64,000 bases of DNA from Clostridia bacterium (GTDB lineage Bacteria; Bacillota; Clostridia; RGIG6154): the NCBI GenBank assembly GCA_045660065.1, contig JAZRDC010000100.1:294-64293 (forward strand), read 5' to 3'. Within the stretch, counting starts at the first letter, position 1, and each line of letters begins with the position of its first letter. A model generated the notes under the pieces. That model was not told the origin of the DNA. It did not search any database and was given only the letters and a program-made list of their open reading frames with translations. A program made the position numbers and the translations under genes. Positions 10,373 through 19,957 of the stretch are shown here, piece after piece.

Positions 10373-11956
10373 ATGACAGATTATAAACGTTTTAGTAATT
10401 TAGCAGAAATTATTGAAAATTCAGCAAAGAAATTCGGATCAAGACCGGCTTTTACTTTAAAAGACAGAACTGTTACATATAGTGATCTTTACAATGATAT
10501 CAGAGCCATTTCAAGATTGTTTGCACAAAAAGGTTATGTAGGCAAAAGAGTTGCCTTAATAGGCAAAAACTGTTATGAATGGGTGCTCATTCATCTTTCT
10601 ACTATGTATACAGGCAGTGTATTGGTTCCGTTGGATAAAGGTCTTAAAGACTTTGAAATCCAGAGCCAGATTAAAAGAAGTAAGACAGATGTGTTGTTTG
10701 TTGTAGGCAGTATGAAATTGCCTGAACTTGATATTGCAATAGAAAACGATGTTGAAAAGTTTATTGCTGATGCAAAACTTCTTCCTGTAAGTGAAAATGA
10801 AAAGTACGAAGTTGACAGTTATAAAATGAGTATGCTTCTTTTTACATCAGGTACAACAGATAATTCAAAAGCGGTAATGCTTTCACAGTTTAATGTTGCG
10901 TCAAACCTTTATTCTCTCTGCCTTCACGAGCATTTTGTTCCTGAAGATGTAAGTTTGGTGCTTTTGCCACTTCATCATACATTCGGAATGGTTGCACTTT
11001 TACTTTTCTTAAGTCTTGGTATGAACAATGCGTTTTGTGATGGTCTTAAAATTACAAAATCTATTGAAGAATATAATACAAATATCCTGGTTGGTGTGCC
11101 GTTGATTGCAGATGCAATTTACAAAACTGCACAGAGAAAACTTAAAGCAATGAAACTTGATAAAGTGATCAACACTTTGATTAAAATCAGCCGTGCATTT
11201 TTGAAAGTGAAAATTGATTTAAGAAAACCATTTTTTGCAAAAATCAGAAATCAGATTGGTAAACCGCTTGATTTTGTTATCATTGGCGGTGCTGCACTCA
11301 GCCCTGAAGTTGAACAGTGGTTTAATGATATTGGTATTTACACAGTTCAGGGGTATGGATTAACAGAATGTTCACCTGTTTTATGTGCAGAAAATCCTGA
11401 AAATATGAGACTTGGTTCTGTTGGAACTGCAATGCCTGGAATTGATATGAAAATTTCAGAGCCAGATGCAGAAGGTATTGGTGAAATCATCGCAAAAGGC
11501 GATAATATAATGCTTGGATATTACGAAAATGAAGAACTTACCAACGAAGTTTTAAAAGACGGTTATTTCTACACAGGTGATTTAGGCTATATCGATGATG
11601 ATGGCTTTATCTGGATTACAGGCAGAAAGAAAAATATGATTGTTCTTAAAAACGGAAAAAATGTTTTCCCTGAAGAAATTGAAGAACTTATCGGTAAGTA
11701 TGAATTTATCAAAGAATGTATGGTTTACGGAGAGACAGGAGATGACGGCGATGTTATTTGTGCATACATTGTTTGTGATAAAGAAAAAAATCCTGATAAA
11801 ACCGATGCAGATTTCAAAGCAATGGTAGACGACGCTATCAGCAAAGTAAACGAAAAACTTATTTCTTACAAAAAAATCAGAAAAATTGTTATTTCTGAAA
11901 AATTGCTTGAAAGAACTTCAACAATGAAAATTAAAAGAAATCAAAAAGTGAATTAA
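10373..11956 (+). CDS. AMP-dependent synthetase/ligase (long-chain fatty acid-CoA ligase-like)
   Basis: LFTSGTTDNSKAVMLSQ AMP-binding motif, YTGDLGYIDDDGF..., ...ITGRKK. Confidence 0.8.
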   Translation: MTDYKRFSNLAEIIENSAKKFGSRPAFTLKDRTVTYSDLYNDIRAISRLFAQKGYVGKRVALIGKNCYEWVLIHLSTMYTGSVLVPLDKGLKDFEIQSQIKRSKTDVLFVVGSMKLPELDIAIENDVEKFIADAKLLPVSENEKYEVDSYKMSMLLFTSGTTDNSKAVMLSQFNVASNLYSLCLHEHFVPEDVSLVLLPLHHTFGMVALLLFLSLGMNNAFCDGLKITKSIEEYNTNILVGVPLIADAIYKTAQRKLKAMKLDKVINTLIKISRAFLKVKIDLRKPFFAKIRNQIGKPLDFVIIGGAALSPEVEQWFNDIGIYTVQGYGLTECSPVLCAENPENMRLGSVGTAMPGIDMKISEPDAEGIGEIIAKGDNIMLGYYENEELTNEVLKDGYFYTGDLGYIDDDGFIWITGRKKNMIVLKNGKNVFPEEIEELIGKYEFIKECMVYGETGDDGDVICAYIVCDKEKNPDKTDADFKAMVDDAISKVNEKLISYKKIRKIVISEKLLERTSTMKIKRNQKVN

Positions 11957-12014
11957 CACTTGTAAAAATCTCCTTTTTGTGGTAAACTAAAACCATAAAA
12001 AGGAGGATTTTTTT

Positions 12015-13385
12015 ATGCAAAGAGAAAATTTTGGGTCAAGACTTGGCTTTATCCTGATTTCAGCAGGTTGTGCCATCGGTCTTGGTAATGTGTGGAGATT
12101 TCCGTACATAGTTGGTCAGTACGGTGGGGCAGCATTTATTTTGATTTATTTTGCTTTTCTTATTATGTTTGGTCTTCCGATTATGACAATGGAATTTTCA
12201 GTAGGAAGAGCAAGTAGAAAAAGTATTTCAGAATCATTTAAAGAATTAGAACCAAAAGGTACAAAATGGCATTGGTTTTCAAAAGTCGGTGTTGCAGGTA
12301 ACTACCTTTTGATGATGTTTTATACAACTGTAACAGGTTGGATGTTTGCTTATTTCTTTAAGATGATTAAAGGTGATTTTGTTAACCAGACATCAGAACA
12401 GATTGCAGGTCAGTTTGGTACATTTACATCAAATCCTTATGCAATGGTAGGATTTATGCTTCTTTCTGTTGTGCTTGGATTTATTATCTGCTCACTCGGT
12501 TTGAAAAAGGGTGTTGAAAAAGTAACAAAATTTATGATGCTTGCACTTTTGGCAATCATTGTAGTTTTAGCAGTTCGTGCAGTAACACTTCCGGGTGCAT
12601 CAGAAGGTCTTAAATATTACCTTATTCCTGATTTTAATCGTATGGTAGAGCAGGGAATAGGTGAAGTGTTGTTTGCAGCACTTGGTCAGGCATTCTTCAC
12701 TCTTTCAATCGGTATGGGTTCTATGGCGATTTTCGGCAGTTACATTTCTAAAGATAGAAGTCTTTTAGGTGAAACTGTGTCAATTGCAGCACTTGATACA
12801 TTTGTTGCATTTGTTGCAGGTATTATTATCATTCCATCATGCTTTGCATATGGGGTTGACCCTGCTGCAGGCCCAGGACTTGTGTTCCAGACACTTCCGA
12901 ACATTTTTGCAGCAATGCCTGGTGGAAGAATTTGGGGAGCACTTTTCTTCCTGTTTATGATTTTCGCGGCACTTTCAACTGTTGTTGCAGTGTTTGAAAA
13001 TATCATAGCATTTGGTATGGATTCAAAAGGCTGGAGCAGAAAAAAAGCCTGCCTTATCAATGTTATACTTGTATCAGTGTTATCACTTCCTTGTGCGTTA
13101 GGATTTAACGTATTGTCAGGATTTAATCCACTTGGAGAAGGTACAGTTGTATTAGACCTTGAAGACTTTATTGTAAGTAACAACATATTGCCTATTGGCT
13201 CACTTGTATATGTTCTTTTCTGCTGTCTTGATAAAAAAGGCTGGGGTTGGAATAACTTTATCGCAGAAGCAAATGCAGGTAATGGCATGAAATTCCCTAA
13301 AGCACTAAAAATATATTGCAAGTATATTTTACCTGTAATTCTGGTAATACTTTTAGTTGCAGGGTACATTACATTCTTTAACTAA
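12015..13385 (+). CDS. sodium-dependent transporter, NSS (SNF) family
   Basis: GFILISAGCAIGLGNVWRFPYIVGQYGGAAF signature. Confidence 0.85.
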   Translation: MQRENFGSRLGFILISAGCAIGLGNVWRFPYIVGQYGGAAFILIYFAFLIMFGLPIMTMEFSVGRASRKSISESFKELEPKGTKWHWFSKVGVAGNYLLMMFYTTVTGWMFAYFFKMIKGDFVNQTSEQIAGQFGTFTSNPYAMVGFMLLSVVLGFIICSLGLKKGVEKVTKFMMLALLAIIVVLAVRAVTLPGASEGLKYYLIPDFNRMVEQGIGEVLFAALGQAFFTLSIGMGSMAIFGSYISKDRSLLGETVSIAALDTFVAFVAGIIIIPSCFAYGVDPAAGPGLVFQTLPNIFAAMPGGRIWGALFFLFMIFAALSTVVAVFENIIAFGMDSKGWSRKKACLINVILVSVLSLPCALGFNVLSGFNPLGEGTVVLDLEDFIVSNNILPIGSLVYVLFCCLDKKGWGWNNFIAEANAGNGMKFPKALKIYCKYILPVILVILLVAGYITFFN

Positions 13386-13398
13386 AGGAGTTTTTGAT

Positions 13399-14007
13399 AT
13401 GAGTTTTGATGTAAAAGCGTTGTTTAATATTGGTTACGGCCTTTATGTTGTAACATCAAAAGATGGCACTAAAGACAACGGTGCAATAGTAAATACAGTA
13501 ATGCAACTTACCGATAATCCTAACAGACTTGCAGTTTGTGTAAATAAGAAAAATTACACTCACGATATTGTTAAAAACAGTGGCAAACTCAATGTAAATA
13601 TTTTGGACGAATCTGCACCATTTTCTGTTTTTCAGAATTTTGGCTTTAAAAGCGGAAGGGATGCAGATAAGTTTGAAAACATCGATAGTTTTCGTTCAGA
13701 AAATGGGCTTTTAGTTCTTACAGACCACATCAATTCTTTTATTTCTCTGGAAGTTGAAAAATATGTAGATGTTGAAACTCATGGTATGTTTATCTGCAAA
13801 GTAGCAGACGCAAGAACAATGTACGATACACCAACAATGACATATTCATATTATCACAAGAATGTAAAACCAAAACCGAATACCGATGTTAAAAAGGGAT
13901 ACAGATGTAAAATCTGCGGATATGTATATGAGGGTGATCCTCTTCCTGAAGATTTCATATGTCCTCTTTGTAAACACGGTGCACAGGATTTTGAAAAAAT
14001 TAATTGA
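13399..14007 (+). CDS. flavin reductase-like domain protein with C-terminal rubredoxin
   Basis: NIGYGLYVVTSKDG... flavin reductase fold; C-terminal YRCKICGYVYEGDPLPEDFICPLCKHG rubredoxin CxxC...CPxC. Confidence 0.7.
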   Translation: MSFDVKALFNIGYGLYVVTSKDGTKDNGAIVNTVMQLTDNPNRLAVCVNKKNYTHDIVKNSGKLNVNILDESAPFSVFQNFGFKSGRDADKFENIDSFRSENGLLVLTDHINSFISLEVEKYVDVETHGMFICKVADARTMYDTPTMTYSYYHKNVKPKPNTDVKKGYRCKICGYVYEGDPLPEDFICPLCKHGAQDFEKIN

Positions 14008-14090
14008 TTAAAAAACCGAAGCAATTGCTTCGGCTTTTAATATTTTTTTAAAAAAGTGGAATAATAAGCAAATAGAAGAGAGGGTTAACT

Positions 14091-14525
14091 ATGAAAATGA
14101 CAAAAAAGGAATATAAAAAATATGCAGAAAAAAAGGCAGATAAATCACCCCTGTTAAAAGATATGTTAAATGCCTTTTGGATAGGCGGTTTGATTTGTAC
14201 TATTGGACAGTTTTTGACAGAAATGTTTAGTAATCTCGGACTGGATAAAGAAATGGCGGGAACAGCTACCAGTATTACACTTGTATTTATAAGCGCAACT
14301 CTAACAGGTCTTAATGTGTATGATAAAATAGCAAAGGTTGCAGGTGCAGGAACTTTGGTGCCAATAACAGGATTTGCAAACGCAGTTGTTTCACCTGCCA
14401 TAGAATTTAAAAACGAAGGATTTATAATGGGGGTTGCCGCAAATATGTTTAAAATAGCAGGACCTGTAATAACATATGGAATAATTGCGTCAGTTTTTGC
14501 AGGAATAATATATCTTGTTTTTTAG
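14091..14525 (+). CDS. spoVAC: stage V sporulation protein AC
   Basis: 144 aa membrane protein; ...PLLKDMLNAFWIGGLICTIGQ...LVPITGFANAVVSPAIEFKNEGFIMGVAANMFKIAGPVI typical SpoVAC. Confidence 0.85.
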   Translation: MKMTKKEYKKYAEKKADKSPLLKDMLNAFWIGGLICTIGQFLTEMFSNLGLDKEMAGTATSITLVFISATLTGLNVYDKIAKVAGAGTLVPITGFANAVVSPAIEFKNEGFIMGVAANMFKIAGPVITYGIIASVFAGIIYLVF

Positions 14526-14548
14526 AAAATATGTAGCAGATTGCACCA

Positions 14549-14593
14549 GCATAACACCTTAGGTGCCAGTACAATACCATAAGGTGTTATGTG
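14549..14593. repeat. 45-bp imperfect palindrome (att-like site) sharing ACCATAAGGTG-TATG core with the P' arm of the spoVAD intervening element
   Basis: gcataacaccttaggtg-ccagtaca-ataccataaggtgttatgtg; 15/16 identity to 23754-23769. Confidence 0.5.
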
Positions 14594-14727
14594 AAAATAT
14601 TTATTATGACATTATACTTGGGGTGAAAAAATGCAACAACGGTAAACGACAAAACTAATCATTGACAACCTTATTTTATAAATCTAATGCAAGTGGTAGG
14701 ATACATATAAAAAAGGAGTTGCCAATT

Positions 14728-15567
14728 ATGAAAAAAATTACTAATGAACTAATTAATGAATTTAAAGAATATCTTATTAATGAAGAAAAATCAACTGCTA
14801 CAATTGAGAAATATGTCCACGATGTTGTTGCTTTTATGATATGGGCAAGGGATAATGAAGTTACAAAACTGTCAGTTTTGGAATACAAGCAGGAAATGAC
14901 AGAAAAATACGCCCCTGCGAGTGTAAATGCGGCATTATCATCACTTAACAGTTTCTTTATATTCAATGAGTGGTATGATTGTAAGGTTAAAGCGGTAAAA
15001 ATTCAGAAGCAGATTTTTGCTAACACCGATAAAGAACTTACAAAAGCGGAGTATGAAAGATTGCTTATGGCTGCAAAGAATAATAAAAACGAAAGACTTT
15101 ATTACCTTATGCAGACGATTTGTTCAAGCGGAATTCGCGTTTCAGAACTTTCTTCAATCACCGTAGAGGCAGTAAAACTGCGCAAGGCAACAATTAATTG
15201 CAAAGGCAAAATGCGAGTTGTAATTTTACCAAATGACCTGTGTAAAATGTTGTTGGAATACGCAAAAAGGAAGAAAATAACAAGCGGCCCTGTATTCGTT
15301 ACAAGAACAGGGAACCCGCTTGACAGAAGTTCTATATGGAAAATGATGAAGGATTTGTGCGAAGATGCGAGAGTAAATAAAGATAAAGTATTTCCGCACA
15401 ATCTTCGTCACCTGTTTGCAAGAACCTACTACAGCCTGCAGAAGGATATAGTAAGACTTGCGGATATTTTAGGTCATTCCAGCATTAATACAACAAGAAT
15501 TTATACTATGGAATCAGGAGATATCCACCGCAATCAAATTCAGAGATTGGGATTATTGTTGATATAA
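14728..15567 (+). CDS. tyrosine-type site-specific recombinase/integrase (XerC/D-like)
   Basis: R...HNLRHLFARTYY...GHSSINTTRIYT catalytic R-H-R-Y residues; N-terminal SAM-like core-binding domain; RBS AAAGGAG before MKKITNEL. Confidence 0.85.
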   Translation: MKKITNELINEFKEYLINEEKSTATIEKYVHDVVAFMIWARDNEVTKLSVLEYKQEMTEKYAPASVNAALSSLNSFFIFNEWYDCKVKAVKIQKQIFANTDKELTKAEYERLLMAAKNNKNERLYYLMQTICSSGIRVSELSSITVEAVKLRKATINCKGKMRVVILPNDLCKMLLEYAKRKKITSGPVFVTRTGNPLDRSSIWKMMKDLCEDARVNKDKVFPHNLRHLFARTYYSLQKDIVRLADILGHSSINTTRIYTMESGDIHRNQIQRLGLLLI

Positions 15568-15585
15568 AACAATAGTGGGTGCAAG

Positions 15586-16161
15586 TTACAGGTTTTCTGA
15601 ATTATGTTCCGTTGTTAAATGAAATTTTATTGTATTTTGGATATTATTAAGGTGCGATTGCAATTTTTCATTATCCTCCCAGATTGTATAATATACAATT
15701 GCCGAAAAAACAGAATAGATAAATGCTTCAGCTTGCTTATATGTACAACCATAAATTTTAACAAGCTTCTCTGCGTAGTAATATGAATTGCTAAACTCAT
15801 TCATTGCTTCACGCATCCGCTTTCCATACACAGGACTTACAGTGAGTTGTATTAAACACCGAAGATTTGGTTTATATTTATCGATTTCTTGTAAAAGGTT
15901 TTTAGAATAGTCTTCTACAGGTTCGATATGTTTTATGATAAAGTCGAAAAGTTTATCAATAACCTTTGTTAAACCATATTTACCTGCACTTATCCAGATA
16001 TCTTCTTTGTTTTCAAACCAGTAATACAAACTGCTTTGTGCTAACTTTTCCTTTCTGCACAAATCTCCTATAGATGCTTGCAATAACCCGGTTGTCAGAA
16101 GATACTCCCATGTTTTTTCTACGATTGTCATTTTTTTGTCAGGATTATTTTTGTAATTCAT
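15586..16161 (-). CDS. TetR/AcrR-family transcriptional regulator
   Basis: N-terminal HTH ...ASIGDLCRKEKLAQSSLYYWFENKEDIW typical TetR_N. Confidence 0.75.
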   Translation of the reverse strand: MNYKNNPDKKMTIVEKTWEYLLTTGLLQASIGDLCRKEKLAQSSLYYWFENKEDIWISAGKYGLTKVIDKLFDFIIKHIEPVEDYSKNLLQEIDKYKPNLRCLIQLTVSPVYGKRMREAMNEFSNSYYYAEKLVKIYGCTYKQAEAFIYSVFSAIVYYTIWEDNEKLQSHLNNIQNTIKFHLTTEHNSENL

Positions 16162-16240
16162 TTTTACACCCCTTCAGATATAATTTACTAAATTGTATAA
16201 CCTGATGTAATGTTCATTACAATAGGTAAAAAAATAAATT

Positions 16241-16520
16241 CACATAATCGAAATTATGTTGAAAAAATTCTGTCCTATATTCAAATGCCTCATAAGTATA
16301 CCACTTTCAACAGTTTTTGTCAATGATTTTTTATATGTATTTTAGTAAAAAAACACCGTATCACAGAAAAACAGTACATAAACCAGACCGGTATAAGTAA
16401 AATATACTCTTTACCGGTCTAATAATCATATTCTTATGCAAAATTTTAAAGTTAATATTCCATTCTGGAAATTTTGAGGTTAAATTTTTAAAAAATCTTC
16501 AACATAATTTCGATTATGTG
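16241..16520. repeat. pair of perfect 23-bp inverted repeats (each an internal 7-4-7 palindrome ACATAAT-N4-ATTATGT) flanking ~235 bp; candidate dual operators or MITE-like unit
   Basis: 16241-16263 cacataatcgaaattatgttgaa; 16498-16520 ttcaacataatttcgattatgtg (exact reverse complement). Confidence 0.6.
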
Positions 16521-16648
16521 GAATTTTATTTTTTTTGACGTAGTGTGTAATGAAAGTTACACATCACCATATATTGTGTAATTATTTTCCGGAAAAGACG
16601 TATAATTACACTTTTTGTCATATCTTTTTGACAGCCAAATTGGTGCAG

Positions 16649-16663
16649 ACAGTTTAAAACTGT
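16649..16663. promoter_or_regulatory. palindromic operator ACAGTTTAAAACTGT followed by TTTACATATATTGTCAT (-10-like), upstream of camelysin paralog 1
   Basis: motif GGTGCAGACAGTTTAAAACTGTTTACATAT repeated at 19943 and 21529. Confidence 0.55.
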
Positions 16664-16708
16664 TTACATATATTGTCATTACTTTATTATCAAAAGGAGG
16701 AATTTTAA

Positions 16709-18490
16709 ATGAAAAAAATGTATTCAACAAAGAGATCGTTGATTACAAGCGTAATTGCTCTTATGCTCTGTTTCTCAATGCTCTTAGGCACAACATTTGC
16801 GTGGTTCACAGATTCAGTAACAAGCGCAAATAACATTATCAAGTCTGGTAACTTAGATGTTGCAATGTACTGGGCAGACGGTAAAGCTGATCCAGATACA
16901 ACATCATGGACAGATGCATCAACAGGTGAAATTTTCAACTACGACAAATGGGAACCAGGTTATGCTGAAGTTCGTCATATCAAAATTGCAAACGAAGGCA
17001 CACTTGCACTTAAATATAAAGTGTTAATCGCTGCAACAGGTGTTGTTACTGATCTTGCAGATGTAATTGATGTTTACTACGCAGATCCTGCAGTTCAGGT
17101 TGCAGATCGTTCTCAGCTTACTGATGCAAATAAACTTGGTACTCTTACAGAAGTGCTTTCAAAACTTGGTGAAACAGGTTATGGTGAACTTGCAGCAGAT
17201 GAAGCGCACACAATTACTCTTGCATTTAAAATGCAGGAATCAGCAGGCAACGAATATATGAACAAATCAATCGGTTCAAAATTTGCTGTTAAAATCGTAG
17301 CAACACAGTTAGAAGCTGAAATGGACAGTTTTGATGCAACATATGATGCAGAAGCTGAGTATCCTAATGTAAATAGTGTAAACGTTCCTGCAAACGCAAC
17401 AACTTCTTCAACACTTAAAATGGACGAAGTTAAAGTTACAATTCCAACTACAGCAGGTGAAGGTGCTTACGAACTACAGGTAGTTAAAACAGGTGTTGAA
17501 ACAGATGAAAATGAAAAAACAACAGTTTCATACGACATTAATGTCCTTAAAGATGGTGTAAAGGTATCAGGCATTGAAATTCCTGTAGAAATCAATGTTG
17601 GCAAATATCTTGAAATCATATCACTTAAGCACAACGGAAATGATATAGCAAAAGCAGATTATAACTATGATAAAAAAACAGGTATTATTAAGTTCACAAC
17701 AACTTCATTCAGCCCATTTGCAGTTGAATATGTACCTGGAAAAATAACAAGCGGTCTTTATGATGAAGATCCTACTCAGTATGACAAAACATTGTTAGAA
17801 CCAAATTCAGAATACATTTCAACTGAAATTAAAGTAGGCGGAGTATCAAAATGGAACGTTAGTGAACGTGCTACAACTGTTTTTGTAGAACCTTCACAGT
17901 CTGGAAAACTTTATAGTATAATCAGTGGTTTACAGAACAATGAACATTCAACAGTTTACCTCTATCCTGGTACATATAATGAAGGTACAACAATCAATGT
18001 TACATCATCAATGGATATCATAGGTCTTGGTGATAAAGATAGCGTTAAAGTTGTTAAAACATCATCATCAAGTAGCAACCGCCATCTTTTCAATGTAAGT
18101 GGCACAAAAGCAGATTATATCGAAGTAACACTTAGAAATATGTATTTAGATGCTACAGCAACCACAACAAATAATAAAGATAATGCAGCAGTTCAGTCTA
18201 TCAGAAAATCTAAAGTAAAATGCTATGACCTTACAATTGTTAAAGGTACAGGCTGGGATGCAGTTGCTTTTTATGTAAATGGAAATAATGCAGTTGATGG
18301 TGTGAAATATCCTGCATATCTTTATGTTGAAAACTGTGCACTTAATACAACCAAAACATTTGGTGTAGTTACAACAAGTGGAAGTTACAAATTCTACCAC
18401 AACAATCTTACATATAATGGAACAGCTTATACAAACAATAGCGGTTCAATTTTAAACCAGTCAATGTCAGCAGACGATTGGGAATGGTAA
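16709..18490 (+). CDS. TasA/camelysin-like (SipW-cognate signal peptide) N-domain protein with C-terminal right-handed beta-helix-like extension, paralog 1
   Basis: MKKMYSTKRSLITSVIALMLCFSMLLGTTFAWFTDSVTSANNIIKSGNLDV aligns with TasA/CalY GGTWAAFND..SGTLDL; C-terminus Gly/Asn/Thr-rich beta-helix repeats. Confidence 0.7.
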   Translation: MKKMYSTKRSLITSVIALMLCFSMLLGTTFAWFTDSVTSANNIIKSGNLDVAMYWADGKADPDTTSWTDASTGEIFNYDKWEPGYAEVRHIKIANEGTLALKYKVLIAATGVVTDLADVIDVYYADPAVQVADRSQLTDANKLGTLTEVLSKLGETGYGELAADEAHTITLAFKMQESAGNEYMNKSIGSKFAVKIVATQLEAEMDSFDATYDAEAEYPNVNSVNVPANATTSSTLKMDEVKVTIPTTAGEGAYELQVVKTGVETDENEKTTVSYDINVLKDGVKVSGIEIPVEINVGKYLEIISLKHNGNDIAKADYNYDKKTGIIKFTTTSFSPFAVEYVPGKITSGLYDEDPTQYDKTLLEPNSEYISTEIKVGGVSKWNVSERATTVFVEPSQSGKLYSIISGLQNNEHSTVYLYPGTYNEGTTINVTSSMDIIGLGDKDSVKVVKTSSSSSNRHLFNVSGTKADYIEVTLRNMYLDATATTTNNKDNAAVQSIRKSKVKCYDLTIVKGTGWDAVAFYVNGNNAVDGVKYPAYLYVENCALNTTKTFGVVTTSGSYKFYHNNLTYNGTAYTNNSGSILNQSMSADDWEW

Positions 18491-18538
18491 TTCGGTAAAT
18501 CCCAATTTATTTAAATAACAAATAAGGAGTAGATAATA

Positions 18539-19852
18539 ATGACAAAATCTTATTCAACAAAAAGATCGTTGATCACAAGCGTAATTGCTCTTATGCTTTG
18601 CTTTTCAATGCTCTTAGGCACAACATTTGCGTGGTTCACAGATTCAGTAACAAGCGCAAATAACATCATTAAATCAGGTAACCTTGATATTGAACTCAGA
18701 TATAAAAACGATGAAGTTGCCGATTGGACTGAAGTTAAGGACGATACCAATGTTTTCAAAAAAGAAACACTTTGGGAACCTGGTCATGTTGAAGTTGTAA
18801 AACTCAAAATCACAAACGCAGGTACACTTGCACTTAAATATCAGCTCGGTGTAAATGTGGTAAACGAAGTAACATCTATTAATGTTAACAATGGTACACT
18901 TCAACTTTCAGAACATATTAAATATGGTATTTTAGAAGGCGATTTAAATCTTTCACGCAGTGAGGCAATTGCGGCAGTAGAAGCAACTGCAAAAGCGTTA
19001 AAAGAACCATACACTTCAGAAGATATCGACCTTCTTCCAAAAACTGACACAAACTCAGATTTTGAAGACATCGTAACATTGGTAGTTTATATGCCTGAAA
19101 CTGTAGGCAACGAAGCAAACTACAAATTGGGAGAAGCAGTTCCAACAATCGACCTTGGTATTAACCTCTTTGCAACACAGTACGCTTCAGAAGCAGACTC
19201 TTTCGATGAAAAATATGACGAAAAAGCTCTTTATGAAAAAGGCAAACCTGTAGCAAAAACAAAGGAACTTACCAAAACAGCAACATTATCAGTTGAAGAC
19301 GATAATGGTAATACTGTAGAAATTTTAGGCAAAGATTTTGCAATTACTACTAACACTGCTGGAAGTTTCGGAGCAAACCTTGGAGCAATTAATCTTGATG
19401 CAGCATATCAATTTGAGCCAACATTATCTTTAGAAGAAGCATTACGTTCAGAATATGAACAGTGGCACGCAGATTTTATTGTTTCAGTTGATAAAGATAT
19501 TCCTGCAAACAGTATTGCTTTAGCCGGTTACTACAATTTATGGTGTGAAGGGTTCAACAATAATAATTGGGTAGCTCTTACTAATGAGTATGATGCAATT
19601 ATGGCAAATCAGCCAATCCGTCTTGTTGACTATATGGGACAGGGTTCATTGACTGTTGCTCTCAAGGATCTTGCAGAGTATGGCAATGATGGTATCGGAT
19701 TCCTTTGTGGTGTAATGGAATTGAATGATGCTCTTCCTACAAATACAAAATTCACAGTTGAACTTCGTCTTTACGAAGCAACAGACAATTCAAGGGCTTC
19801 AGAAACAGGCGAATATATGACTATAGGAACATATAGTTATCTTTTTAAATAA
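18539..19852 (+). CDS. TasA/camelysin-like N-domain protein, paralog 2 (distinct C-terminal domain)
   Basis: near-identical first 45 aa to paralog 1; co-transcribed (48-bp gap, no terminator). Confidence 0.7.
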   Translation: MTKSYSTKRSLITSVIALMLCFSMLLGTTFAWFTDSVTSANNIIKSGNLDIELRYKNDEVADWTEVKDDTNVFKKETLWEPGHVEVVKLKITNAGTLALKYQLGVNVVNEVTSINVNNGTLQLSEHIKYGILEGDLNLSRSEAIAAVEATAKALKEPYTSEDIDLLPKTDTNSDFEDIVTLVVYMPETVGNEANYKLGEAVPTIDLGINLFATQYASEADSFDEKYDEKALYEKGKPVAKTKELTKTATLSVEDDNGNTVEILGKDFAITTNTAGSFGANLGAINLDAAYQFEPTLSLEEALRSEYEQWHADFIVSVDKDIPANSIALAGYYNLWCEGFNNNNWVALTNEYDAIMANQPIRLVDYMGQGSLTVALKDLAEYGNDGIGFLCGVMELNDALPTNTKFTVELRLYEATDNSRASETGEYMTIGTYSYLFK

Positions 19853-19863
19853 TTTATTATATG

Positions 19864-19924
19864 CCCGTCCTGTCCATTCGGACAGGCGGCAATCAAAAGG
19901 TACGAATTTAATTTGTACCTTTTG
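19864..19924 (+). terminator. conserved two-hairpin module: hairpin1 (CCTGTCC-ATTC-GGACAGG) + GGCGGCAATCAAA + rho-independent terminator
   Basis: repeated with compensatory base changes at 21449-21512. Confidence 0.65.
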
Positions 19925-19942
19925 ACTGCTGAATAGATGCAG

Positions 19943-19957
19943 ACAGTGAAAGACTGT
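19943..19957. promoter_or_regulatory. operator variant ACAGTGAAAGACTGT upstream of paralog 3
   Basis: same flanks GCAGACAGT...ACTGTTTACATATATTTGTCAT. Confidence 0.5.

Noticed and set aside
12769-13369. ORFs 12740-13369(-) and 12769-12960(+) within the NSS transporter
   Set aside because: Embedded in a strongly supported transporter CDS.
16705-16938. Conserved antisense ORFs (16705-16938, 18550-18759, 21599-21823, minus strand) overlapping the 5' ends of the TasA-like paralogs
   Set aside because: Their conservation is explained by the conserved sense-strand coding sequence; they have no RBS and are judged spurious.
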